A stretch of 64,000 nucleotides of DNA, from NCBI GenBank assembly GCA_037447605.1, contig CM074816.1:372001-436000 (forward strand). The letters run 5' to 3'. A program made the position numbers and the translations under genes. This document shows positions 25,552 to 38,719 of this stretch, one piece after another. The notes under the pieces are model-generated. The model was not told the origin of the DNA. It did no database searches and saw only the letters and a list, made by a program, of their open reading frames with translations. Source of the stretch: Zygnema circumcarinatum SAG 698-1b (Eukaryota > Plantae > Zygnematophyceae). Position 1 is the first letter of the stretch, and each line of letters starts with the position of its first letter.

Positions 25552-27202
25552 ATGGGCACCACCCTCATCGCCTCAGCTCAATGGCCGTCTCCTGAACAGG
25601 TCCTGTCTACAATTGGAATTAAAATGATGGCTTACTGTTTCTTACCTGCTTGTGTTGAATTTTAGGGTACGAATCAGCCTGGTTTGCCGGCAGGAACGTT
25701 AAGCATGAATATTGCTTTCATTCTTTGAAAGACCGGTCAATGTTCTGTGTCAAGTGTGTGTTTATCCCGAGCAAAAATCGTTTACCCAAATTCCTCATCG
25801 CAGAACACAAAATGAGGCCTTTATTTCTGTGCTATGGCACCGCAGGTTCTACCTGCATTCCGCAGTCATTAAAACCTGTTGAAATGTTTGTACCAATCCC
25901 TGCTACTGTTGCAACCCTATCGTGCGAGCTCATATGTGGGACTCACCTACATACATACACAAGTGTTCGCATTGGGATCGGCTCAACGCAATTCGTGATT
26001 CTAATTTTGTCTTCATATGATGTTGACTCTGGCCTTAGCAGGTGAAGGAATTGAGAGCTGCTGTTGCCACAATGGCAAATGTGAAGCTCGAAATGACAGA
26101 AGTTGTGGCTTCACCCTACAGAATCTGTCCTCTAGGGGCACATGTCGATCACCAAGTAATGCAATATCTGCCCTAGAAACAAGAATTCTCCCCATAAACG
26201 AGCAGTATTCATAAATTCTGTACATGAGATACATCCATAGATAAGCCAAGATGTACCAGACCTTGACAAAAGGTGAAATTTGTTGAATTGTTCAGGGGGG
26301 CTCAGTGACTGCTATGGCCCTCAACTTGGGGGTGCTACTTGGCTTCGCTCCCTCTAAAAGCTCAGAGGTCTGAACTTAGACCTTAACTCTTTGGGACTGC
26401 TGAAACGATTTCTGTTCAGAAACTCCTGATTATGTCTACTTGCTGTTCTTCAGCAACCACTGAAATGAGAGAGAAAAAAAGGAAACATAACAGGCTATAG
26501 GCATGTGCAGGTTTGGCTCAAGTCAAGACAGTACACAGGCGATGTCCACTTCAGGTATGTTCAATGTTCTTATATTATAATATAATAATATAATAATATA
26601 ATATAATATATTGTTCTAATATTCTAACCAAGCAGTAGAATATGTTGCATGCTATGCAAATTCACTTCGCAACCTGGTCCTTTTATCTTCGTCCTCCCTT
26701 CCCTATAGAGGGTAGGGGGAGTTCCCTATAGAGATAGGGGAGGAAAGAAAGGTATGACGAAAGATATGCACATTATATGCTCACCTTCAGATATCATTCT
26801 GTTTCCCAAAACAGCATCACGCATGTGCCTGCAAAAGAAACTACTTCCGATTCCACATCTTTTGGCTCTATTGAAGAGAACAGATGGGGCGATTATGCTC
26901 GAGGGGCAGTGCTCGCTTTACAGGGAAGAGGCTACCCACTGCAACAGGTTAGAAATTTCCCTCTTTTTCATGCATTCTTTCCTTTCAATTGTTTAAGTTA
27001 CGGAGAAATGATGAATTCTGCATGCTTGCAGCACAAAATCTCGTATTGCAGAACGGTGAACCTTTCAATGAGATCCTTTTGGCAGCGGAATTCTAACAGA
27101 AAACGAAACAGCAGGGCATTATAGGTGTAGTGCATGGAACCGCAGGGGTGGATGGCGGCGGCATAAGCTCATCAGCAGCTGTGAGATTCTCTCTCTCTCT
27201 CC

Positions 27203-27277
<75 letters not shown>

Positions 27278-27626
27278 CCCCTCATGTGCGAGCCTTCATC
27301 TGAATGCAGATGGGAGTCGCCCTCCTCCTCGCTCTCGAGCATGCCAATGGCTTCACACTGTCACCAGAAGTGAATATTGAACTCGACAGGTCACTCCTCT
27401 CCTCTCTCTGCTTTTGCACTTCCCCCCTTGCTCCCCCTTCGCCCCTTTCTCTCTCTCCCCCCACTCTCTCTCTCTCGCCCTCTCCCTCCCCCACACTCCC
27501 TCTCCTCTCCCTCTTGTTTCTCTCCCCCACCTCTCCCCCACCTCCCACTTTCCCCCCATTTCTCCCCACCCCCTCTCTCTCTCACTCTCTCTCNNNNNNN
27601 NNNTCTCTCACTCTCTCTCTCTCTCT

Positions 27627-27700
<74 letters not shown>

Positions 27701-28949
27701 TCGCTCGCTCTCAGTCTCTGTTGTCGGCGGAGGGCGAGCAGGCACATAGAGAATAGCTATTTGGGCCTCCGCAACGGAGTCCTGGACCAGTCCGCCATCC
27801 TTCTCTCCCGCCGCGACTCTCTCACTCTCCTCCAATGCTCGGTCCGCCTCCTCCCACTCCCTTTTATCTTTTCTGCAATAGCCAGATGCCACTTTTCCAC
27901 TCTCCTCCGGACGAAAACCAGAGGGGTAAACCTGCTTGATATTTGAATTTTTTTATGCATCGAAAGTCATGTCATATTTGTTAATTATTGTCGTGGGGAT
28001 TTTACAAAGCTTTCAAATTTTCTCGAACATTTTGTTAACTTTGGCAAGTTTGTATATTGGAGGGTGAGATTAAGAGCATGGAACGCATGTGAGTCAAATT
28101 TACCCCTCTGTTACACTTTGCGAAATGTAAGCTACTTTCAGATAATGAGAGACGGAGAGAGAGAGAGAGAGGTCTCCATGACTAACCATCCATAACCCAT
28201 TTCTGAATAATCAAACTATACTTCGAAAAGCCGATCTTTCCTATACCCTTGCTTCGCTCCATGCAGACCATGTTACATGAACTGATTGAATTTTCCCAGG
28301 AGAGCTCTGAGCATATGGACAAAAGTGAGACTTTATCAAAGTGCCGCGTTTTATTGGCCTTTTCTGGGCTCCGCCATCCTTTGAGTCAACGGCCAGGATA
28401 CAATCTCAGAGTGGATGAATGCCGATCGGCGGCTCAGACACTGCTCCGGTGAGAGACCCAAATGGTAATAAGTTCTGAATTTTTTGTGAGATTTAGTGGG
28501 TCACAAGATTTGGAGAGTTTTATTTCGTTTTCTTGAGCTTTGTTAAGGTCAAAAAATGACTTTTAACTGCGTGGGTTTTTGGAAGCGATAGGTAAATTTG
28601 AAGAAGGAGCTTTTTAGAAATGTGAATGTGAATATTGTGGACCCTTTTCTGGTGAATGTCTTTATTGAAGCTGCGTTCAAGTTTCACGGTTGTAGGAAGC
28701 TTCTATCTTATCTTGTCAGCTAGTATTTGCTGTTAGGTGCGACCTTGGGTGCAAAATATCGCCAAAACAGGGCTGATTTAAAGTGCTCAAGATGTTGCTG
28801 CCTGTTCTGAAAGTCAGCTTAGTTCATATTTTGTTTCTGCTCAGGTTTTTTAGACTGGGTCTGCAGGGCTGCAGGCCGGGCAGAGGAGGAGGCCATTCTG
28901 GGCAAAGGTGGGGCAGGCCTGCCTTCCGGAAACTGTGAAGAGAGTGAGA

Positions 28950-28991
<42 letters not shown>

Positions 28992-30486
28992 AAGAAAGAG
29001 AAAGAGAGAGAGAGAGGGTGTGAAAGATAAAGAAAGAGAAAGAGAGGGAGAGAGAGAGAGAGAAAGATAAAGAAAGAGAAAGGGAGGGAGAAAGAGAGAG
29101 AGAGAGAAAGAGGGGGAGAGGGGGGGTGGAGAGAGCATGATGGTGTGTAGTCCACTGACTGTTGTATGCAGGAGAGGGCTTGTTTCATCGCAGTATTGAG
29201 GGAAGAGTATGAGCAGTACAAGGTGGGTCAACGGCTAACCAGCTTTTCTGCTACACGCCTTTATTTGTTTCTTCAATGCTTTTTTCCATTATTTCTGCTC
29301 GGAAATTTTCAGGGAATCAAAAGACGTTCTTTGCAGCCTTCAAAGGAAAGTCAATTGTTGTCGTTTTGTTTTTTTTTTTTTTTTTTGGCATTTTTTCTTT
29401 GTGGGTTGCAGCATCTTTTGAAGCCAGAAGAGGCCCGAAGAGCGGAGCATTTTTTCACGGAACAGGAGCGCGTGAAAGCAGGTAGCGGACTCGGGCCAGA
29501 AAGGCAATTCTTTTCAAGTCTCAATATTACTGATTTAAGCATTTGCTACATTTGCATAGAAAGCCTGCAGGTATCTCGGGTGTAAACTGAGACTTGTCCA
29601 AACGTTATGGCATGACTAAAGTAGTTAGCCATGGCTATGGGATATTGGCTACTACTTGGCAGGTGTGGTAGCGTGGAAAGAAGGGCATCTACAGAAGTTT
29701 GGCCGGCTAGTCAGTGAGTCGGGTTGGAGTTCTATCGCCAATTATGAATGTGGTGTGTATCCACACCCTCTCCCTCTTTCTAAGACAAACATTCAGAGAA
29801 GAAAGCATTTTCACGTTTTCAAGTTGCTGTGCTTTTGTCGACGTAGAAAAAATGAGCCATACTCCCGCCCTTCCTCCCTCACCCCTCTCCCCCCTTTCCC
29901 CCCCAACCCCCCCCCCCTCGCCCTTTCCCCGTTCAGTCAGTATTCATCTGAAAGGAATCAAAAGCCTTCCATTGTTCCCCAGCACTCCCACCCTCTGACA
30001 AGCTTAACCTCACCATGAGAGAGAGGGAGATAGAGAGAGAGAGGGAGATAGAGAGAGAGAGAGAGAGGAAGAAGAAAGCAGAAGAAAAGAAAGACGAGTA
30101 AGAGAAAGAAGAAGAAGAAAGAGAAGAGAGAAGAGAAGAAACGAGAAGAGAAGAAAAGAGACGAGTGAGAGAATTGAACTCCACTTCCTAGCAAATCCTC
30201 CTTCTCTCCGCTTGCAGGATGCGAACCCCTAATTCAGCTGCGAGATATTGTCCTTTCGGCCCCGGGTGTGCTTGGGACCCGCTTCAGCGGAGCCGGCTTT
30301 CGGGGCTGCTGCTTTGCCCTTGTGGAGGCGGCCTCCTCTCTCGCCGCTGCGGACCACATCGAACGGCGCTATGGGGCGGTGCAGCCCGACCTCGCTCGCA
30401 GCTTGGAGGGCGGCCCGGGAATCATCATCTGCGAGTCGGGAGATGGGGCATGTGTTCTTCGAGGAGGTATGAATGAGAGCACATGA
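25552..30486 (+). CDS. GALAK: Galacturonokinase (GHMP kinase)
   Basis: Exons WPSPEQ, SPYRICPLGAHVDHQ|GGSVTAM, WGDYARGAVLAL, GGGISSSAA, IENSYLGLRNGVLDQSAILLS, LLAFSGLRH..PGYNLRVDEC, RRAEHFF, SIANYECG and RFSGAGFRGCC are colinear with plant GalAK. Confidence 0.92.
27185..27700. repeat. (CT)n microsatellite tracts in GalAK introns, including N gap 27594-27603
   Basis: Directly visible. Similar (GA)n tracts occur at 28950-29125 and 30020-30170. Confidence 0.95.
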
Positions 30487-31195
30487 CTCCATGACTCCAT
30501 GCCTAAGCTATGACTCCATGACTCTTATGAATGCAGTCGTAAGTCGTGAGCGACACCATGGCGAGGCATGACATGGAGAGCCATGCCGTGACATAGACAT
30601 AGACATAGAGAACATGGCATGCTCATGTTGGCATATAGTTAGGTTGGGCACTCGCCGAAGAGGTTGACTCGTAAAGGATGTGAACTCCATTAGTCGGTAG
30701 CAGGTCAGTTCATGGCCTATAGGCTAAATTGTGTGGTTTCTATGTAGAGTAGCGCTTCATTCTGTGCGACTCGCGACTATATTTTTTACTAAGATATCTT
30801 AATCTTCCATATAGTGCATGTCCCTTCACTGGTTTTTCTACTGTATTTTAGTTACAGCGGTAATAGGAACAATAATGTGCTGAAAAAATAATGTTGCTTC
30901 GAAGATGTATCATCAAGTTAAAGAGGTATTGTGACCCAGGCAAGGCTCATAGTAACTCGTACAATTTTCATACAACGTATCCTAGAAACAATGCCAGACA
31001 AATTGACCCTCCTAAACCCAGAGATACTCAATTCTTGTTAAGAACGAATGGCAAACAAAAATGATCTAACGAGCGAGCCCTTAATTGCAGGCCGCCCCCC
31101 ATCCCCTCCGTCCCCGGTCCCTAAACACTGCCCCTTGGCATACTAAAGAAAGAGCCAATAATGGACCCCACCGACCTTTGGTGAAGCCGAAACTA

Positions 31196-33837
31196 TTAAC
31201 TAGCTATCTTCGTCAGCGGCAAGCCATTCATTGGCAGCCGCTGCGCCATGGCCATGTGGACCGTGTCGTTCATTCTCACCACATGCCATCCACCGGTCGC
31301 CGTATGCTTCAAGATGGTCATGGAGGTGTTGTCAATGCTCAGTTTATGGGTCATGTGCGGGTCGGAGCCCAATATGCCTCTAAGCAGGCACTTGATCGCG
31401 GTTCCATGTGAGAATACGCAAACTCGTACCGTTCGGCCCGTTACATGCAACGCAGTTTCACCATCCGTTTTAGTCGCAGTTGACTCGTGATGGCTCACTT
31501 CATTTTGAAACTGTGGGCTGTTGTCCCTCACAGAGTCCTTCAGGTCGCCATCAGTTAAGAATCTCTCCAAGATCTCCTTCTTCGAGTCCTTTATCCAACC
31601 CCTCCCTACCACACTGTTGATGAACTCCATCATACGATGCTCCACCTGCACATCAGTTTCGCAGCAATTGGATTCAGGTTCTTTTCAGGATCTTTTAGTT
31701 TGTTGAATGTGTGAAACAATGGATCAAAATGACATAAAACGCATTCCCTTAATTACAGGTTTGGACTTCAAACTGAGATTGTTCTATTTCAGATGGTATC
31801 CTACTGCTTGAAATCCTTACTGACATAAAGCATATTCCTCAATATTTTAACTCAAAACTCTCCCAAACGGCATGCTCTTATCATTATTATTATTATTATT
31901 AATGTACCTGTCGTTGAGATTCACCCCCCGGTGCGCGGAAGTCTGGCTGCAAAGCATTGACGATTCGCAGCGTTTGCGGAGTATAGACTGCTTGCCGCTC
32001 CTTACCCTCCCACTCTCCTTGGCTCAGTTCTTGAAGCTTCTCGTCTATGCGGATGGCTTCCTGCGGTAACCCTAACTCCTGAACCACACACCCCACCGAA
32101 CATCTTCTGAGAAAAAATAAGACAGTTCCTCCACCACATTGCATAGAGAGAGCTAAGCCCTTTCACATGTGGAAGGGCGTTCACTTTTTCCTGGCCTCAG
32201 ATTGACCTACTTCTTCAAGTTTTCCTCTTATCCTTCTCCATGTTCAAGGAAGCCGACTTATGTTTGATGTGAAACTGTTGCCAAAAGATATACGAGTTTC
32301 TTCGGAAGTCGATTCGTGAAAGCCAAGACGAAGGGAGCTTGAACTCCGGATCACGCCTCCAAAATGAATAATGACGAAGTTCCCTATCTTCCGCTAACTT
32401 AACAACTAATGAGAGTTCAAATTACGATATCGTGCCTCCCTATAGTTTACAGATCGAAAGAGGAAGGCGAAAAAACCAAAGACAAAACAAGACAAGAAAA
32501 TTCAAAAAAAAGGAGAGAAACAACTTTCTTCGAGGTGATTTAAGGTCAGGCAATGGGCGGAACTCCAATTAGAAATGCTATGAGCAATTTTACCTCACAG
32601 ACAGCAACAGCTGTCGCCATAGAACGCTCCAATGGAGAGGAATATATCGCATCAAAATGGATGCCGAGATAAGCTCGCAAAAAGCTCCCCAGAAGGAAAG
32701 CTTGATGCCTTCCTTTTGGAGTCAGTTTGGCTGAATGAGCCCTCCCCCCAATTGTCGTTGCTATATTGTGGGTTGCTTCGGCATGTCTGCAACCCATGCA
32801 CAACTCTTTGTTTATGGTCTTCACAGGAAGTGCTTCATTAAAATTGTTCAGCATTGCTGTACGCTGCAAGCATTAGGAGGAAGAAGAACAGAACTTAGAA
32901 CTCGGCCACGTAAAACAGAAGGGCCCCTCTGAAAAGCCATAAATAAGCTGGTTGAGGCTGTTGCATTAAACAGCCATACTAGACAAGCTGCATACTTAAA
33001 GTACTTTAAGTGCATAACTGTATCGAATTGTAAGTGAATAAACAGCAAAAGATCCAGAAATATCGTTCAGGGACGGCAGTGAAGCCACAAGCGCACAAGA
33101 CTCCTCTGAAGGTCAAATTAGGTAGAATCCAACCTGATAACGTAAACTTCCGTAGTGTCACCCAACAACGGAATGCTTTCCGACGCTGCTTCAACGGCTC
33201 CCTGTGCGTCGGAGAGTAGAGGAGCCAAAACGAGAGAGTTTGTAGGTGGCGGTGAGGGAGCTGAAGGAGGAGTTGTAGGAGATGGAGCTAGAGAAGCATT
33301 ATCCCCTTCAGCAAGGAGCTCAACTTCTGGATCTGCTGCAGCAGTAGAAGGCAGCTGTTCTTCCGGAGAGGAATCAGCGGGGAGAGCAGGGGGAGGAGGT
33401 GGAGGAGGGAGAGGAGGAGAAATGGAAGCTTCTTCGTCTTTGTCTTCTTCTCCTTCTGCCACATATCCATCAGTTGCGAACCTTACTGCAGCAGGAGAAG
33501 AGGAAGATGAGGAGGGAGGAGGATGAAGTGGCGGAGGAGAAGAAGCTTCATCGAGAATGGGAGAGGAGTCGCTGAGCCTTAGAGGCTCAGGAAGAGGAGG
33601 AATAGTGTCAGAGTCTTGTGGAGCGAGGGGAGATTGTGGATGCTCGAAGGGCCGGATCTCCGGCTCCTGCAAGAGCTGCTTCGCCTCCTCCACTTCTTCT
33701 TCCTCCTCCTCTCGCCGCCGCTCCTGACCCGCCTGCAGCCTCACACTCTCCTCCTCCTCCACCTCCACATCCTCCTCCTCTTGCTGCAGATCCTCCGTCT
33801 CCGAGTCGGAGTCATCTGCTGACTGACCGGCACCCAT
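31196..33837 (-). CDS. Histidine phosphatase / phosphoglycerate mutase family protein with long acidic, Pro-rich N-terminus
   Basis: VYVIR|HAE (RH catalytic motif), FDAIYSSPLERS, ELSQGEWEG, PGGESQRQ and VFSHGTAIKCLL...DNTSMT. Four exons with GT-AG boundaries. Confidence 0.88.
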
Positions 33838-34901
33838 GTCGGAGCCCCCTCAGCGCTTCTTCAAGATTAGGGTTTGAGCAAGGTATGGCTTTCAGGGGCT
33901 ATTTCCTGCCCTCATCCATGAATGCATGCAGCGCCTGGCCTGCAAGATGTTTGCATGCCCGCCTTCTTTGAACCGCATTTGTGTGCAGATTTCAGGCTCT
34001 CGCTCCGTCTGCTTACCACCCCACCCCGCCCTGCAGCTCCCGCAGAGGGCGAACAGAGGGCCAAGGGGGGGAGCTGCTAAGGACTGGGGACTGAGAGGAA
34101 AGATTGAGGCGGGAGCCAATGGCAGAGTGCCATGTGGACATGCTTGATGGCGTGGCAGGTTACCATTGGTCCATCGTGGACAAGTGAACGCTCAATGGAG
34201 TCCCAGTTACAGCCAGGACCGTTAAGAACGACTCTGTTCTATTTGACGTTTAGTGTGGTTTGTCAGCTAGACTAGAATTTACACCATGGAACCATTGTTT
34301 CAGGTTCGTAACAAAAACAGTTCCCATAGATCTGCGACATGTACGGCTGTACCTGGGACTGTACGAAAAGACCCGGTCCGCAATCATTCACCAACAGATC
34401 GCCGACCGCCAATCGGAGCACTTCATTCGCACTCAGTGTTTCGATTTACAGCACAAAATTATTTCACTGGAAATGTTCCCCGGGTTTCCTGATGCGAATT
34501 TCTACATAGAACTAAATTCTGTTCAGCACAAACTGTGACAGGTGCATGAAGTCTGCCAGGTGGCAGTGCAGAATCTCCGGCCCGCGCCCTCCCCATCCCC
34601 CGCCGCCCAATCACAGCCGACTCCGCGGATCCGCTCTTTCGCATGTGTAAATTCAGCTCCCCATTGGTCTGCTGCGCCAGCGTGGCAAGTCCACCCCCTT
34701 GACCCTCGCCCTCTCTCCCTTGGCCTCCCGCTGGTCCTCTCCCTCCGTGTCTCCCTCTCTCCCATCCTCCCTCTCTCCCTCTCCCTCTCTCAGCTTCACT
34801 CTGCCCTTGTTTCTCCTCGTCTTTTTGAAGGAGCTTCAAACTTGTTTTCCCTCTCAGCCGCCTTATTCCTGCAAGCCTCCCGTCTTTGGCGCAGAGACGC
34901 C

Positions 34902-36006
34902 ATGGCGACGGCCGGCGTCATAGCAGGCACCCAGACCTTTTGCACGCTGAACGTGCCCATGGAGCGCCACACGTGCGGCGCTGCCTCCTTGCGCTCGTCC
35001 TTGGCGGGGCCTTCTCAGCTCGGCTGCCGCGGAGGACAGCTGTCAGCGCAAAGGAGCAGGAGCAATAGGCGGCAGTCAGGACAGGTATTTTTCTCCGGGA
35101 AGATTATTTGAGCATGGGTTACATGCTACTGTTAGCATCCACACTTAGCGTTAATATTTTAGAATCGCTTTGAGAGTGTCTGCTCGGTTAGCATGCATTA
35201 CTCTATAGAAGCAAACCCTAAAATGCAGTGGCCTCCCTTTAGAAACCATCCCATTTCTGCTTTTCAGTAGGCTCTAGGGTTAACTGCACTTGCATGCAAA
35301 CAACGCTCCGTGGAAAGCTCCCATCCTTTGTCTCAGCGCTTATTTTAAGCTTGTTGCATATGTAAGCTTCCTTTTTTGTTTATGCAGCTCTCAGTAACGT
35401 GCACTGCAAGTCAGCCGGACTTGAAGACGCAAATCAAAGAAATGGCACTCGCAGAGCGGCGGTGGGAGCAGCAGGTACTGTGCTTATACTCGTATAGTCT
35501 CATCTAGGCCAAGACAAGTTTCTGCCGTATTGGCTTTCTTGGAAACCATAAAGTGAATAGAGTAATGGTACTCCTAATGATAGTGAACACGTTTTCCACC
35601 TGTTCTTTCCCTTTGTTACCTAGGTCTATTGTAGCTTTCATCAATCTGCCCTCCCTGGGCTCTCTCCCTCCCTCTTCCTCATCCTCTGAAGTCTCAGTTA
35701 CTCCAGTACTCAAGAAAGCCATCCTGTGTAGGAATGCTGAAACCACAGGCTTAGTATTTTTCGTAGTTCTTATGACTTTATCTGCCATTTTCACTGCTCC
35801 TTTCACCCTCATGGCCGCATGTTCCACACCTCCCTCGTCTTGCAGGTTGCGGACGGTCGGGTAAAGTCTCTCTCTGCTAAGGAGGCAGGCTATGCGGTTC
35901 AGCTGACTGACCATGTTCTGCTGGATGTTCGGCCATCCCATGAGCGAAATAAGGCAAGTAACGAAAACGAATATTGTTTTCTAGTCTTGAGAGGGAGGGG
36001 GAGAGG

Positions 36007-36038
<32 letters not shown>

Positions 36039-38589
36039 AGAGGGGGAAAAAAGCTGAGGGGATGTTGATGTTGTTATGGAGTGCAGTCGTGGGTGAAAAA
36101 ATCAGTGTGGGTTCCTGCTTTCGAGGGGGACAAGGGCTGGGGGCCATCGACTCTGCTGAACAAACTTTCAAATTTCGTTCTTGGTAAGTCCCGCCGCCTT
36201 TCGTGCTTGTTCGATTCGGTCCTTGAACTGTGAGGGTTCTGTCTTTCCTTAACTTCCCGTGACTTCATTCTTGTGAAACTTAGAATGTAAAGTCTTTATG
36301 GAAGACATTTATTTCTTCCGAATACAACTAGAGCAGGGTGCCCGAGGTAAGAGGAGAGAAAGTAAACGAAGCGAAAGGAGAGAGGAGGAATGCGAAGGTG
36401 ATGATACGAGAGGGAGAGAGGGGGAGGGGAAGGGGGAGGAGAGGTGGCGAGAGTAGAGGAAGGAGGGAGGAACTGGTAAGGTAGGGGATAGTCATGACAT
36501 AGAGAGGAACGGAAGAGAGATGAGGAGGGGTGAACGAGGGAGGGAGCGAGGAAGTTGAAGAGGAGTAAGAAGAGAGGTTGGAGAAAGAGCTGGCGTTGAT
36601 AAAACAAATGCGGCATGCTTTTCCAAATACGATTCTACAATGTTTCTTCGAAGTCGGGGCTTTTTGGTAATTAGCCTAAGTATACTTGAAATATAACGTA
36701 AGCAGGAGAAGCAGATTCTTACTGCCTCTGCAATTAAACTCCTGGGTTGTAGCTCCCTTGAAAACGGAGATGTGAGATTGCCAGCTAAACTCAAGGACTA
36801 GGATTTAAGTTGAACATTATGTTTATTGATACCGTTCCTGAGTTGAAAGTAAGATACAAAAAAGCTCAATTCGAAAGTCAGCCATTACCGCCGAGGTATA
36901 TTTCGTATGAATTTTTAATCTGACTGTGTCTTATCTATTCAAATGTTGGACATTACGTCAAAAGTTTCTTCTAACGAAAAGAACAGAGTTGAGATCAAAG
37001 TTTTCCTCCCGCAAGTTATGCGTAGTTTTGACAATTGGGTTCTATCCGTAGCAGCTTCTTGGACCCAAAGATCGCTGACATAGACATAAAAGTGAATTGA
37101 CTCGTCATTGATTGCTTTCAAATGATTCGTCTGCAGGAGGCTGGTGGGCAGGAACTGCTCTCACCAAGAGAAATGAGTAGGTTTCATTACATCTACACTC
37201 TTGCATGCGAAAAATTGATGCCTTTGTGAGCCACCTGTTATTTCCAGTTACGCGCGTTATTTTAATATGTGAATTTGCTATGGAAGTCTGAAGGTGCTTT
37301 CTGAAGAGCTATCTTGTGAGATAAGTCTTAGCCACATTCATCCGGCGGTTGTACTGAGGGCACATTTTTTTAGCCCCTGTTATTTTGCAAACTCAAACCT
37401 TTCTATTTCTTAGCTAATACGCAGTCCCTTGTTCCTTGTGCCCGTGCAGACGCTTCATGCCGGACGTTGTGGCGCAGATACCCAAGTCAGCGAATGTTAT
37501 TGTGACTTGTCAGAAAGGGCTCAGGTAAGGAGACACTGCCCCTCCCTCCCTCCCCCCCCCTCCCCCCCTCCTACCTCCCTTTCCGCTCCCTCCCTCTCCC
37601 TCTCGCCGTCCCTCTATCCCTCTCCTTTTCCCGACCCTCCTTCCTCCCTGCCTTTGCAGGTCTCTGGCAGCGTGCGAGCAGCTGTACAAAGCAGGTTACC
37701 GAAACCTCTTTTGGCTCAATGGCGGCTACGATTCGGCAGAGGAGCAGGCAGGGGCCCTTAAAACTTTGGAAATTCTGAAACCCATATGGAAAATGTGTCC
37801 CTTTGTTGCACTAATATCTCTCCACTTTCTTTCGTAGGGTCGTTAGGGTTTTGTGGGTTCGTGAAGTCCCTCTCTTTTCTCCAGCTCCCTCTCATTCTTC
37901 GGCGTCTGCCTTTCCGTATTACGTTTGTTGCAGGATTTCGAACGAGAAGGGTCTCGGCCTCTTAAGTTTGCAGGCACAGGGGGCATGTCGGAATTTCTCG
38001 GGTAAGGGCTCTACTGCAAGGAAGGAGAGGAGAAGTTCTTCCGTACCATCTTTTTAGCCCTAAGATGCTGTTTCTAAATAAGGTTTGCCAAAGTGAATCA
38101 AGTGCTGGTCGACTTACAGTTAGGCATCTGCTGTAGTCAGGAGCTCTGTTGGAGCGAGGATCGTGTTTTTTAAGGCTAATTGATGAGGAAAGTAGAGTAT
38201 CCGAGTTCTGTTTCAGTCGTATGGATTGTCAGGAATGCGTTAAAAACGTTGCTCCATTTGTTTGTATCATGCAGATTCACGGATGTTCAGAGAGCACAGG
38301 CTGCAAAGGAAGGCTTAAAGTACCGAATCATGTTGTTTGCCCGCCTGGTGAGAACTCCACTCTCACTAGCCCTAATGCCCTTATGCTCTTTACGCTTTCT
38401 TCTCCTTGTTTAGATAATATGAACTCAACTGTTAAGGAGGAGAGAAAGATTGCAACATTGCATTTTGGGTCGTCCTTTCTTAACATTGAACCTGCGATTG
38501 AACCGCAGGTTGCTGTTGTGATTGTATTGGATCTCCTCGTGGTGGGATTGCCGGAACTTATATCGCTGCTGCACCCCGAGCAGCCGTAG
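34902..38589 (+). CDS. STR11: Rhodanese-like domain protein, STR11-like, probably plastid-targeted
   Basis: Exons LAERRWEQQ, LLDVRPSHE, GWWAG, VIVTCQKGLR|SLAACEQLYKAGYRNLFWLNGG, GMSEFLG and FTDVQRAQAAKEG; transit-like N-terminus. Confidence 0.88.
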
Positions 38590-38719
38590 GTCCTCCCCCG
38601 GGCAGGAGGAGGGGGCTTCATGCAGCACTGTTCTGTTCAGGTCAAATATTTTGAATAAAGGAACGAAGCAGCTGTGTGGTCGTTTTCTTCCCCATTTGGG
38701 TCATGGGCATGATGCCGTC

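Noticed and set aside
34263-34527. Weak inverted repeat in the phosphatase/STR11 promoter
   Set aside because: About 8 bp perfect match, which is within chance expectation.
35504-35941. 145-aa antisense ORF in an STR11 intron as a nested gene
   Set aside because: No recognisable motif, and it overlaps an STR11 exon antisense.
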